A stretch of 64,000 bases of DNA from Steroidobacteraceae bacterium (GTDB taxonomy: Bacteria; Pseudomonadota; Gammaproteobacteria; Steroidobacterales; Steroidobacteraceae): assembly GCA_035504015.1 (NCBI GenBank), contig DATJSR010000017.1, forward strand, positions 10,766-74,765. The letters are read 5' to 3'. This document shows, in pieces, positions 27,637 to 36,849 of the stretch. Under the pieces are notes generated by a model that saw only the letters and a list, made by a program, of their open reading frames with translations, did no database searches and had not been told where the DNA came from. The position numbers were made by a program, and so were the translations under genes. The first letter of the stretch is position 1, and each line of letters begins with the position of its first letter.

Positions 27637-29492
27637 TCGCGCAGCGCCTGCCCGCCGGCCACCGCTCGAGTGCCGCTCCGGAGCCACCGGGCCGCGGCTC
27701 TCTGCGCGGCTTTTTCAGCGTCTTTCGCTACAGCCGCCGCGCGCTCGAGCTCGTGGTACAGACGAGCCGCCCGCTCACCCTGGCGCTTGCCGTGCTCACC
27801 CTGGTCGCCGGTGTACTGCCGGCCTCGGTCGCCTACATCGGCTCGCTCATCGTCGATGCCGTGGTCGCCGCGCTGCGCTCCCCCGGCACACCGATCGGCC
27901 ACGTCGTGGAACTCGTCGTTCTCGAGGGGGCACTGGTGGCGGCCATCGCGGCCGCCCAGCGCGGGTTATCGCTATGCCAGTCGTTGCTGCGGGCGCAGCT
28001 CGGCCAGCGCGTGAACGTCATGATTCTCGAGAAGGCGCTCACCCTGGAGTTACAGCACTTCGAGGATTCGGAGTTCTACGACAAGCTGACCCGCGCCCGG
28101 CGCGAGGCCTCCACGCGCCCGCTGAGCCTCGTCACCCGCACCTTCGGGCTCGCGCAGAATGCGATCTCGCTCGTGAGCTACGGCGCCTTGCTCGTGCACT
28201 TCTCTCCGTGGGCGGTGGCGGTGCTACTGCTCGCCGGACTGCCCGCCTTCGTTGCGGAGACCAAATTCTCGGGCGATGCCTTCCGGTTGTTTCGCTGGCG
28301 CTCTCCCGAGACGCGGATGCAGACGTACCTGGAGACGGTGCTCGCGCGCGAGGATCACGCCAAGGAGGTCAAGCTCTACGGCCTCGGCTCGCGGCTGCTC
28401 GACCGCTATCGCGACATCTTTCATCGTCTGTACGCCGAGGACCGCGCGCTCACGATCCGCCGCGATGCCTGGGGCTTTGCGCTGGGGCTGATCGGCACGG
28501 GTGCGCTGTACGGTGCCTATGCCTGGATCGCGGTGAGCACCGTGCGGCGCCTGATCACGCTCGGGCAGATGACCATGTACCTCGCGCTGTTTCGCCAGGG
28601 GCAGTCCGCGGTGTCGGCGATGCTCTCGGCGGTTGGCGGCATGTACGAGGACAACCTGTATCTGTCGACGTTGTACGAGTACCTCGAGACGCCGGTGCCC
28701 GAGCCGACGGGCTCGCTCGTGCACGGGCCGGATCCGTTGGACGGCGTGCGCTTCGAGGCTGTGAGCTTCACCTATCCCGGGGCGCAGGAGGCGGCGCTCG
28801 AGCACATCAGCCTGCACCTCACTCCGGGGGCGAGTCTCGCGCTCGTGGGCGAGAACGGCTCGGGTAAGACCACGCTCATCAAGCTGCTCACGCGGCTGTA
28901 TGCGCCGAGCAGCGGTCGCATCCTGCTCGACGGTCAGGATCTCGCATCCTGGGACGAGCAGGCGCTGCGCCAGCGCATCGGAGTCATCTTTCAGGATTTC
29001 ACCCGCTATCAGATGCTCGTCGGGGAGAACGTGGGTGCGGGCGATGAGCGCTATTTCGAGGACGAGGGACGCTGGCGCGAGGCGGCCGCCAAGGGCCGGG
29101 CGAGCGAGTTCATCGAGACCCTGCCGGCGGGCTATCAGACACAGCTCGGCAAGTGGTTTCGCGACGGCCGTGAGCTCTCGGGCGGACAGTGGCAGAAGAT
29201 CGCTCTGTCGAGAGCGTTCATGCGCACCCGCGCCGACATTCTGGTGCTCGATGAGCCGACCGCTGCGATGGATGCGCAGGCGGAGGCGGACGTGTTCGAG
29301 CATTTCCGCCATCTGGCCGCGGGCCGCATCACCATCCTGATCTCACATCGCTTCTCCACCGTGCGCATGGCCGATCAGATCGCGGTGCTCGAGCGCGGCC
29401 GGATCATCGAGCGCGGCAGCCACGAGGACCTCATGCGGCTCGGTGGCCGCTACGCCCACCTGTTCTCGCTGCAGGCACGCGGCTATCGCTGA
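27633..29492 (+). CDS. ABC exporter, fused permease/ATPase (MsbA/multidrug-type)
   Basis: Track ORF 27633..29492. It has a TTG start in a TTGA overlap with the ndh stop. It contains a six-TM region, Walker A GENGSGKTT, signature LSGGQWQK and Walker B ILVLDEPT. Confidence 0.85.
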   Translation: MIAQRLPAGHRSSAAPEPPGRGSLRGFFSVFRYSRRALELVVQTSRPLTLALAVLTLVAGVLPASVAYIGSLIVDAVVAALRSPGTPIGHVVELVVLEGALVAAIAAAQRGLSLCQSLLRAQLGQRVNVMILEKALTLELQHFEDSEFYDKLTRARREASTRPLSLVTRTFGLAQNAISLVSYGALLVHFSPWAVAVLLLAGLPAFVAETKFSGDAFRLFRWRSPETRMQTYLETVLAREDHAKEVKLYGLGSRLLDRYRDIFHRLYAEDRALTIRRDAWGFALGLIGTGALYGAYAWIAVSTVRRLITLGQMTMYLALFRQGQSAVSAMLSAVGGMYEDNLYLSTLYEYLETPVPEPTGSLVHGPDPLDGVRFEAVSFTYPGAQEAALEHISLHLTPGASLALVGENGSGKTTLIKLLTRLYAPSSGRILLDGQDLASWDEQALRQRIGVIFQDFTRYQMLVGENVGAGDERYFEDEGRWREAAAKGRASEFIETLPAGYQTQLGKWFRDGRELSGGQWQKIALSRAFMRTRADILVLDEPTAAMDAQAEADVFEHFRHLAAGRITILISHRFSTVRMADQIAVLERGRIIERGSHEDLMRLGGRYAHLFSLQARGYR

Positions 29493-29845
29493 GGGGGGAT
29501 GCGCTCGAGCTGCGCGCGAATGGCGGCGAGCTCGCGCTCGATGGTCGCCTGCAGGGCGATGAGACGCGAGCCCTCGGCCTGATCGGCACGCACGCGCAAC
29601 TCCTCGATCTGGCGCGCGAGAGCGCGTCGCTCCTGCCCCCACAGCCGCCGCTCCACGGCGTGCGCGAGCGCGTCGATGAGCAGCGCCAGCGCGGCGATGA
29701 TCAGCATCAGCACGATGAGCGGCGCGGTGAGGTGCGCGATCACGAGGTTCAAGGCGGTGGAGGCGGCAAGCAGGTGCCAGTTGGCGATGAGCAGCACGAT
29801 CAGCAGGATCGCCAGTACGCCGTAGCCCAGGATGCGCGCGCTCAT
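29483..29845 (-). CDS. Small two-TM membrane protein with C-terminal coiled coil (LapA-domain/DUF1049-like)
   Basis: These are the last 120 codons of track ORF 29483..31309, starting at ATG 29845: MSARILGYGVLAILLIVLLIANWHLLAASTALNLVIAHLTAPLIVLMLIIAALALLIDAL...RQIEELRVRADQ. It has an ATGA overlap with the treY stop. Confidence 0.5.
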   Translation of the reverse strand: MSARILGYGVLAILLIVLLIANWHLLAASTALNLVIAHLTAPLIVLMLIIAALALLIDALAHAVERRLWGQERRALARQIEELRVRADQAEGSRLIALQATIERELAAIRAQLERIPPQR

Positions 29846-32800
29846 GACTTGCGCACCTCGGCGGCGACGCCGCTCAGCAGGGCCACCGGAAACTGCGCGA
29901 GTACGGTGGCGAGCGCCAGCGCGTGCCGCCCATCGGTGCCGTCCGCCCGCACCGCCGTGCCATCGAGACAGCTGCGGTATGCGGTTGCGGCGAGCTCCGC
30001 CGGTAGCTCGATGCGAGTGTCGGCCCAGACCTGCGCCCCGAGCGGCTGCCGCATCGCGCCTTGCAGCAGGCGGTGGTACAGCCGCGGAGCGATGACCAGC
30101 AGCCGTTCCTCGCCCAGGCGTCGTGCGAATGCACAGACATGGGCGGCATGGCTGCCGAGTACCCGCAGCGGCAGGTAGTCGCCCTCGGCAAACAAGGCCT
30201 CGTGCGCGCGCCGGTACTGCAGTACGCGCCAGATGAGAAACAGCTTGGGAAGCCCATCGTGCGACCGCTCGAGCATGCCCTGCAGGCGCGCGTTGCGCGC
30301 AGCGGGCGCGGCGCTCTCCCAGCCGTTCAGCGACTCGAGCAGCTCGCGGCGCCGCTGGTAGTCGACCGCCCGACGGTTGTCCGGATCGACCAGGGAGAAA
30401 TCCCAGAGCTCGCTGCCCTGATAGGTGTCCGGCACGCCCGGAGCGGTGAGCTTGCACAGGGTGTGGGAGAGGCCGTTGAGCAGGCCTACGTGGGCGATCG
30501 GACGGGCGAGCTGCAGCAGGTCCGCGAGAAACAGGTTTCCCGCGCGCGGCTCGAGCAGCCCGGTGATGAACTGCCGGAGTGCCTCCTCGTAGGCTGCGTT
30601 GGGGTTCGCCCAACTGGTGTGCAGCTTTGCCTCGCGTACGGCCTTGAGCAGGTAAGCCTCGATGCGCTTGCGGTACTCCTCCGTCCAATCGGTCGGAGCG
30701 CCCTCGGGGAGCGCCTCGAGCGGCAGCGAGCCGAGCAGCGTCTGATACAGCAGATACTCGTCGTTGGCGCTCGGTGCCGGCTGATTGTCGACTTCGCGCT
30801 TGCGCGAGCGGTTCATGCGCCGCCAGCGCTCGAGTGCGCGACGCCACTGCCCCGGTATCTCCGAGAGCACGTTGATGCGTGCGCGCACGTCCTCGGAGCG
30901 CTTGGTGTCGTGCGTGGAGCTGGCGAGCAGTTCGTGCGGCCAGTGTCGCAGCCGGTACTGTGCATCGGCATGGAAGGCGCGCACGCTGGTGCCGAAGGCA
31001 TCCGGCTCGCCGCCGACCTCGTTGAGCGAGACGAGCCGATTGAAGCGATAGAGCGCGGTGTCCTCCACACCCTTTGCCGTCACCGGCGCCGTGACCTGCT
31101 GGAATTTCATGGCAAAGGCGCGGGCGAGGGGCGCCACGTGCGCGAGCGCGGCGGTTGCCTCCCCGAGCAGCACCGCCCGCACGAAGTCGTATACCGCCCC
31201 GTCGATTCCCGCTCCGCGGCGCCGCGCGTTGGCGATCGCCCAATCGATGTAACGGCGATCCTCGCCCGAGACCTGCGCCGCGATGTAGGTGCGATAGACC
31301 GGAAAGCACGCGATCACCTCGATCAGCGCCTGCTTGAGGGTGTTCTCGGTGAAATCGCGCGTATTGCGCTCCGCGCGCGCGATGCGCGCGAGCCCGGTGG
31401 CGAGCACGTTGAGCTCGGCGGCCAACGAGCTCGAGAGAATGAGCCGCTTCGACTCGTATGCCACGTCGGGCCAGGACGCGGTGAGCTCGGTGAAGGCGCG
31501 ATAGCCGCGATCGAGGCGCGCCTTGGCGCTGCCGTCGATGGTGAGGCCGGTGACGACGTTGACGAAGCGATAGCCGGTGGTGCCGTGGACCGGCCAGTCC
31601 TCGGGCAGGTGCTCGAAGCTCGCGGTGATCTTCTCCACTACCAGGTACAGGGGTCGCTCGCCGGTGCCGGCATCCGCACTCGAGCCGGGCGCGGCCGCCG
31701 CCACCATCACGGCTGCACGCTGCTGCAGGCGCCGGAAGTACTGCACCGGATCATAGAGCCCGTCCGGATGGTCGATCCGCAGCCCATCGAGCTTGCCGGC
31801 TGCGACGAGCTCGAAGGCGAGCCGATGCGTCGCCTCGAAGACCGCCTCGTTCTCCATGCGCAGCGCCGCCAGGTCGTTCACATCGAAGAAGCGGCGGTAG
31901 TTGATCTCGTCGGAGGCGACGCGCCAGTAGGCGAGCCGATAGGCCTGCGATTCCAGCAGCCGGTGCAGCTCGTCGAAGCTCGCCGCATCGCCCGCAGTGC
32001 CGTTGAGCGCCTGCACGGCGGCGCCGATCGCCTCGGGTACGGCGGCGTTGCGGCCGCAGATGCGCACCAGTCGGCGCTTGTGCACTTCCTTGTCGCGCTG
32101 GCGCTCCTCGCGCGCCGCAGGAGCGTCCGCGTCCCGATGCGGCAGATGCCCGAAAGCATCGATGAGGCTCGCAAAGTCGGCGCCGTCCTCCTCGCCGAGC
32201 CGCTCGCTCCCCGCGATCTCGAGCGCCCGCTTCAGGATGAGCGGATAGTCCCGCGGATCCACCGGCAGACGGTGCTCGTGATGGAAGATGGCGAAGGAGC
32301 CGGTATCGCGCTCGAAACGCAGCACCAGCTCGCCGCGCTCGAGCACGTGGCCGTAGTGATCCCCCAGGATCGGAATCAGCACCTTGCCGTTGAGCGCCGG
32401 GTCATCGCTTTGCCAGTCGATGTCGAAGTACTGGGCGTACGCCGAGGCCTGGCCGTTCTCGAGCACATCCAGCCACCAGGCATTGTCCGAGCCCATGATG
32501 CCGACGTGATTCGGCACGATGTCGAGCACGTGCCCCATGCCGTGCGCCCGCAGCAGCTCCACGAAGCGATCGAGATCCTGCGCCGTGCCGATCTCGGGAT
32601 TGATGTGGTTGTGATCCACCACGTCGTAACCATGCACGCTGCCGGGGCGCGCCCGAAAGTACGGCGAGCAGTACACATGGCTCACGCCGAGGGCTGCGAG
32701 ATAGGGCACGATGGCACTGGCATCGCGCAGGCCGAAGGAGGCGTTGAGCTGAACGCGGTAGGTGGCGCGCGGGATGCAGGCGCGCCGCGCCGGGGGGGCG

Positions 32801-32847
32801 CGGGCGCTGCCCTGCAGCGCCGCCAGCGCGCCGGCATCAGCCGGCAT
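29842..32847 (-). CDS. treY: Malto-oligosyltrehalose synthase
   Basis: Track ORF 29842..32847. ATYRVQLNASFGLRDASAIVPYLAALGVSHVYCSPYFRARPGSVHGYDVVDHNHINPEIG...LDIVPNHVG. Confidence 0.9.
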   Translation of the reverse strand: MPADAGALAALQGSARAPPARRACIPRATYRVQLNASFGLRDASAIVPYLAALGVSHVYCSPYFRARPGSVHGYDVVDHNHINPEIGTAQDLDRFVELLRAHGMGHVLDIVPNHVGIMGSDNAWWLDVLENGQASAYAQYFDIDWQSDDPALNGKVLIPILGDHYGHVLERGELVLRFERDTGSFAIFHHEHRLPVDPRDYPLILKRALEIAGSERLGEEDGADFASLIDAFGHLPHRDADAPAAREERQRDKEVHKRRLVRICGRNAAVPEAIGAAVQALNGTAGDAASFDELHRLLESQAYRLAYWRVASDEINYRRFFDVNDLAALRMENEAVFEATHRLAFELVAAGKLDGLRIDHPDGLYDPVQYFRRLQQRAAVMVAAAAPGSSADAGTGERPLYLVVEKITASFEHLPEDWPVHGTTGYRFVNVVTGLTIDGSAKARLDRGYRAFTELTASWPDVAYESKRLILSSSLAAELNVLATGLARIARAERNTRDFTENTLKQALIEVIACFPVYRTYIAAQVSGEDRRYIDWAIANARRRGAGIDGAVYDFVRAVLLGEATAALAHVAPLARAFAMKFQQVTAPVTAKGVEDTALYRFNRLVSLNEVGGEPDAFGTSVRAFHADAQYRLRHWPHELLASSTHDTKRSEDVRARINVLSEIPGQWRRALERWRRMNRSRKREVDNQPAPSANDEYLLYQTLLGSLPLEALPEGAPTDWTEEYRKRIEAYLLKAVREAKLHTSWANPNAAYEEALRQFITGLLEPRAGNLFLADLLQLARPIAHVGLLNGLSHTLCKLTAPGVPDTYQGSELWDFSLVDPDNRRAVDYQRRRELLESLNGWESAAPAARNARLQGMLERSHDGLPKLFLIWRVLQYRRAHEALFAEGDYLPLRVLGSHAAHVCAFARRLGEERLLVIAPRLYHRLLQGAMRQPLGAQVWADTRIELPAELAATAYRSCLDGTAVRADGTDGRHALALATVLAQFPVALLSGVAAEVRKS

Positions 32848-34702
32848 CGGCGCGCTCCAGCAGCCAGGTCACGCTCCAGGGCTCGAGCTCGTTGCGCGTG
32901 ACGGCGGCGCGGATGTTGGGATGCGTCGCGAAGATGAGCCTGCCGAAGGGGCGCGTCACGATCGGCACGGGACGCGCCGTGAGATTGGCGAGCAGATGCA
33001 GCATCGCGCCGTCGGCGAGCACCCAGTCGACCGCAAAGGCGCCGTTCGGCTCGAGCTTGATGCAGCGGCCCGAGCGGATCTCGGGAATGCGCGGCATGAT
33101 CTCGCGGTGTCGCACGGCGAGCAGCCGGCGGTAGTGATCGAGCATGCGCGCATGCGCCGCTATCGACAGCTCGCTCCAGTCGAGGCGCGCCGCGCGCACC
33201 GTCTCGGTGCTGATGGGATCGGGCAGCTGATCGAGGCCGCGCTGGTCGCTGAAGCGCGCGAACCGCGAGAACTCGCGCCGGCGGCCCTCGCGCACCTTGA
33301 CGGCGAGATCGGGACCGAAATCGCAGAAGTACGGGAACGGCCCCGACGCCGCCCATTCCTCCCCCATGAAGAGCAGCGGAGGGGAGGGGGCGAGCAGCAG
33401 CACGGTCGTCGCCGCGCGCAGCGGCTCCTCGCTCGAGGCCAGCGCTGCGATGCGCTCCCCGAGCGCGCGGTTGCCGATCTGATCGTGGTTCTGCAGGAAA
33501 TTGACGAAGGCCGTCGGGGGTAGGTGCCCGCTCGGCTCGCCGCGCCCGTGCCCCTCGTGAGCCGAGTGCTCTCCCTGGTAGACGAAGCCTTCCGCGAGCC
33601 CGCGGCACAGCAGCGCCTGCGGGCGCTCGTGATAGTCCTGGTAGTAGCCGTCGGACTCGCCCGTCAGAATCGCGTGCAGGCAGTGGTGCACGTCGTCGTT
33701 CCACTGCGCATCGAAGGTATCGGCGGCGCCGGGCGCACCGAGAAAGCGCGCCTGATTGCCTGCGTTCTCGAGTACCAGATAGACGGGGCGGTCGTGTCCG
33801 GGGCCGCGGCGCGCGGCGCGCGCGATCTCCGTGAGGATGTGCGGCGTGCTGTCGTCGCGGATGGCATGCACCGCGTCGTAGCGCAGCCCATCGAGGTGAT
33901 ACTCCTCGAGCCAGTAGAGCGTGTTGTGGATGAAGAAGTCGCGCACCGGGCGCGCATCGGGGCCATCGAAATTGATGGCGGCGCCCCAGGGCGTGTGGTG
34001 GCGCTCGGTGAAGAACTGCGGCGCGTAGCGGGAGAGGTAGTTGCCCTCGGGGCCGAAGTGGTTGTAGACCACATCGAGCATGATCGCGAGACCGTGCCGG
34101 TGCGCAGCATTCACCAGTGACTTGAGAGCCTGCGGCGTGCCATAGCTCGCATCGGGCGCGAAGGGCAGTACCCCGTCGTAGCCCCAGCCGTGACGGCCCG
34201 GGAAATCCGCGATCGGCATGAGCTCGAGCACGGTGACGCCGAGCTCGGCGAGCTGCTTCAGGCGCGACTCGACCCCCGCGAAGGTGCCCTCCGCAGTGAA
34301 GGTGCCGACGTGCAGCTCGTAGATCACGGCTTCGTGCCAGGGGCGAGGCGACCAGCCCGTATCGGTCCAGGCGAAGGCACCCGGGTCGATCACCTCGCTC
34401 GGGCCGTCCACGTCCCGAGGGTTGAAACGCGATGCCGGATCGGGCACCTCGAGCTCGCCGTCGATCGCGAAGCGATAGAGCGAGCCGGCACCCGCCCGCG
34501 AGGTGCGGAGCTCGAACCAGCCAGCCGCTTTGCGCTCGAGCGCCAGCCGCAGCGTCTGCGCGCCCTCGAGCAGCGCGAGCTCGACGCGCCGCGCGCCGGG
34601 TGCCCACAGCCGAAAGCGCACCCCGCCGTCGGGCTGCAGCTGCGCGCCGAAAGGCATGCGATGTGCGCGCACGGCGCGCGCGGCAGGCAAGCTCTCGCTC
34701 AT
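32837..34702 (-). CDS. treZ: Malto-oligosyltrehalose trehalohydrolase
   Basis: Track ORF 32837..34702. FGAQLQPDGGVRFRLWAPGARRVEL...PDPASRFNPRDVDGPSEVID...VIYELHVGTFTAEGTF...GWGYDGVLPFAPDASYG...LDVVYNHFGPEGNYL. Confidence 0.9.
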   Translation of the reverse strand: MSESLPAARAVRAHRMPFGAQLQPDGGVRFRLWAPGARRVELALLEGAQTLRLALERKAAGWFELRTSRAGAGSLYRFAIDGELEVPDPASRFNPRDVDGPSEVIDPGAFAWTDTGWSPRPWHEAVIYELHVGTFTAEGTFAGVESRLKQLAELGVTVLELMPIADFPGRHGWGYDGVLPFAPDASYGTPQALKSLVNAAHRHGLAIMLDVVYNHFGPEGNYLSRYAPQFFTERHHTPWGAAINFDGPDARPVRDFFIHNTLYWLEEYHLDGLRYDAVHAIRDDSTPHILTEIARAARRGPGHDRPVYLVLENAGNQARFLGAPGAADTFDAQWNDDVHHCLHAILTGESDGYYQDYHERPQALLCRGLAEGFVYQGEHSAHEGHGRGEPSGHLPPTAFVNFLQNHDQIGNRALGERIAALASSEEPLRAATTVLLLAPSPPLLFMGEEWAASGPFPYFCDFGPDLAVKVREGRRREFSRFARFSDQRGLDQLPDPISTETVRAARLDWSELSIAAHARMLDHYRRLLAVRHREIMPRIPEIRSGRCIKLEPNGAFAVDWVLADGAMLHLLANLTARPVPIVTRPFGRLIFATHPNIRAAVTRNELEPWSVTWLLERADAG

Positions 34703-36849
34703 CCTGGGGTCTCCGTGAGCAGCGCCAGCGCGCGTCCCTGCAGCGGATAGCTCGCACCCGGCTCGCGCAGCTCGGCTGCCGCGGGTGGTCGCGCCGCTGC
34801 CGTATCGAGCACGGTGCGCCAGCGGTGGCCCGGTCGAGACGGCGGCAGCACGAACGGTATCGGCTCGTAGTGCGCGTTGAGCAGCAGCAGAAAGTTCTCA
34901 TCCTTGAGCGGGCGGCCGCGCCGGTCGATGCGCTCGAGCGCCGCACCCGAGAGGTACACGCCCAGGCAGCGGGCGAACTGCTGGTCCCATTCGTGCTCGC
35001 TCATCTCGGTGCCCGCGGGCGTGAGCCATGCCACGTCCTTGGTGAGCTCGCCGGGAAGGGGACGGCCCTGCAGGAAGCGCCGCCGCGCGAATACCGGATG
35101 CTCACGGCGCAGCAGGATGATGCGCCTCACGAACTCGAGGAACTGCTGCTGCTCCTCGGTGAGGTTCCAGTCGAGCCAGGAGAGCTCGTTGTCCTGACAA
35201 TACGCATTGTTGTTGCCGAGCTGCGTGTGGCTCAGCTCGTCCCCGCCGAGGACCATCGGCACGCCCTGCGACAGCAGCAGCGTGGCGAGCAGATTGCGCT
35301 TCTGACGCTCGCGCAGCGCGCGCACCTGCGGATCCTGCGTCGGCCCCTCCACGCCGCAGTTCCAGGAGCGGTTGTTGTCGCTGCCGTCGCGGTTCTCCTC
35401 GCCGTTCGCCTCGTTGTGCTTGCCGTTGTAGCTCACGAGGTCCTCGAGCGTGAAGCCATCGTGCGCCGTGACGAAGTTGATGCTGGCGTGCGGCTTGCGT
35501 CCGCTCGCCTCGTACAGGTCCGCCGAGCCGGAGAAGCGCCGCGCGAACTCCCCGATCAGCCCGCCATCGCCCTTCCAGTACGAGCGCACGGTGTCGCGAT
35601 ACTTGTCGTTCCACTCGTTCCAGCCGGGTGGGAAATTGCCCACCTGGTAGCCTCCCTCGCCCACGTCCCAGGGCTCCGCGATCAGCTTGACCTGCGAGAG
35701 CACCGGATCCTGCGTGATGGTGTCGAAGAAGGAGCCGAGGCGATCCACCTCGTACAGCTCGCGGGCGAGCGTCGAGGCGAGATCGAAGCGAAAGCCGTCG
35801 ACGTGCATCTCGGTCACCCAGTAGCGCAGCGAATCCATGATGAGCGCCAGCACGCGCGGGTGCTGCAGGTTGAGTGTGTTACCGGTACCCGTGAAGTCCA
35901 TGTAGTAGCGCGGATCGTCGGGTACCAGACGATAGTAGGTCGCATTGTCCACGCCGCGAAAGCACAGGGTTGGGCCGAGCTGATTGCCCTCGGCAGTGTG
36001 GTTGTAGACCACATCGAGGACGACCTCTATGCCCGCCGAGTGCAGCGTCTTCACCATGGTCTTGAACTCGTTGATCGCACCCGTGGCGCTGTAGCGCATC
36101 TCCGGGGCGAAGAATCCGATCGTGTTGTAGCCCCAGTAATTGCGCAGGCCGCGATCGAGCAGATGGCGGTCATCGACGAACAGATGCACCGGCATGAGCT
36201 CGACGGCGGTGATGCCGAGGCGCAGCAAATGCTCGATCACCGGCGCGGTGGAGATGCCGGCATAGGTGCCGCGCAGCTCCGGGGGAACCTCCGGATGGCG
36301 CATCGTCATGCCGCGCACGTGCATCTCGTAGATGACCGTATCGTGCCAGGGCGTGCGTGGCGGCCGATCGTCGCCCCAGGTGAAGGCCGGGTCGATCACC
36401 CGGCACTTCGGCATGCCCGCTGCGCTGTCGCGCCGATCGAAGGACAGGTCCGCGCGCGTGTGTCCGACACGGTAGCCGAAGTGGGCATCCGTCCAGCGCA
36501 GCCGCCCTTCGATGAGCTTGGCGTAGGGCTCGAGCAGCAGCTTGTTGGGATTGAAGCGATGACCCCGCTCGGGCTCGTAGGGTCCGTGGACGCGATAGCC
36601 GTACAGCAGGCCCGGTCGCGCCTCGGGCAGATAGCAATGAAAGACCAGATCGGTGCGCTCGCGTTGCTCGATGCGCTGCAGCTCGTGGCGCCCGGAGGGA
36701 TCGAACAGGCACAGCTCCACGCGCGTCGCGTGCTCGGAGTAGAGCGAGAAGTTGACCCCTTCACCGTCCCAGGTGGCTCCGCGCGGGTAGGGCTGTCCGG
36801 GCCACACCGCCGAGATGCGCGTACCGAGCGGGCTCGCGCGCTCGCTCAT
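34699..36849 (-). CDS. glgX: Glycogen debranching enzyme
   Basis: The start is ATG 36849 (ATGA overlap with the treS stop) in track ORF 34699..36900. GATWDGEGVNFSLYSEHATRVELCLFD...YGYRVHGPYEPERGHRFNPNKLLLEPYAK...VVLDVVYNHTAEGN. Confidence 0.9.
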   Translation of the reverse strand: MSERASPLGTRISAVWPGQPYPRGATWDGEGVNFSLYSEHATRVELCLFDPSGRHELQRIEQRERTDLVFHCYLPEARPGLLYGYRVHGPYEPERGHRFNPNKLLLEPYAKLIEGRLRWTDAHFGYRVGHTRADLSFDRRDSAAGMPKCRVIDPAFTWGDDRPPRTPWHDTVIYEMHVRGMTMRHPEVPPELRGTYAGISTAPVIEHLLRLGITAVELMPVHLFVDDRHLLDRGLRNYWGYNTIGFFAPEMRYSATGAINEFKTMVKTLHSAGIEVVLDVVYNHTAEGNQLGPTLCFRGVDNATYYRLVPDDPRYYMDFTGTGNTLNLQHPRVLALIMDSLRYWVTEMHVDGFRFDLASTLARELYEVDRLGSFFDTITQDPVLSQVKLIAEPWDVGEGGYQVGNFPPGWNEWNDKYRDTVRSYWKGDGGLIGEFARRFSGSADLYEASGRKPHASINFVTAHDGFTLEDLVSYNGKHNEANGEENRDGSDNNRSWNCGVEGPTQDPQVRALRERQKRNLLATLLLSQGVPMVLGGDELSHTQLGNNNAYCQDNELSWLDWNLTEEQQQFLEFVRRIILLRREHPVFARRRFLQGRPLPGELTKDVAWLTPAGTEMSEHEWDQQFARCLGVYLSGAALERIDRRGRPLKDENFLLLLNAHYEPIPFVLPPSRPGHRWRTVLDTAAARPPAAAELREPGASYPLQGRALALLTETPG

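Noticed and set aside
29846-31309. The upstream 488 codons of the 608-aa minus-strand ORF 29483..31309.
   Set aside because: This part overlaps treY in another frame and translates to Arg/Ala/Gly-rich sequence. Only the last 120 codons, from ATG 29845, give a plausible two-TM protein.
30061-32901. A 946-aa plus-strand ORF antisense to treY. Similar long antisense ORFs occur at 21734..24271 (typA), 34432..36924 (glgX), 36852..39008 (treS), 9128..11173 and 11399..13420 (hybrid kinase), 46730..48688 (GGDEF-EAL) and 40243..41970 (glgE).
   Set aside because: All are low-complexity, domain-free translations opposite genes of unmistakable identity. I treat them as GC-driven open frames, not as overlapping genes.
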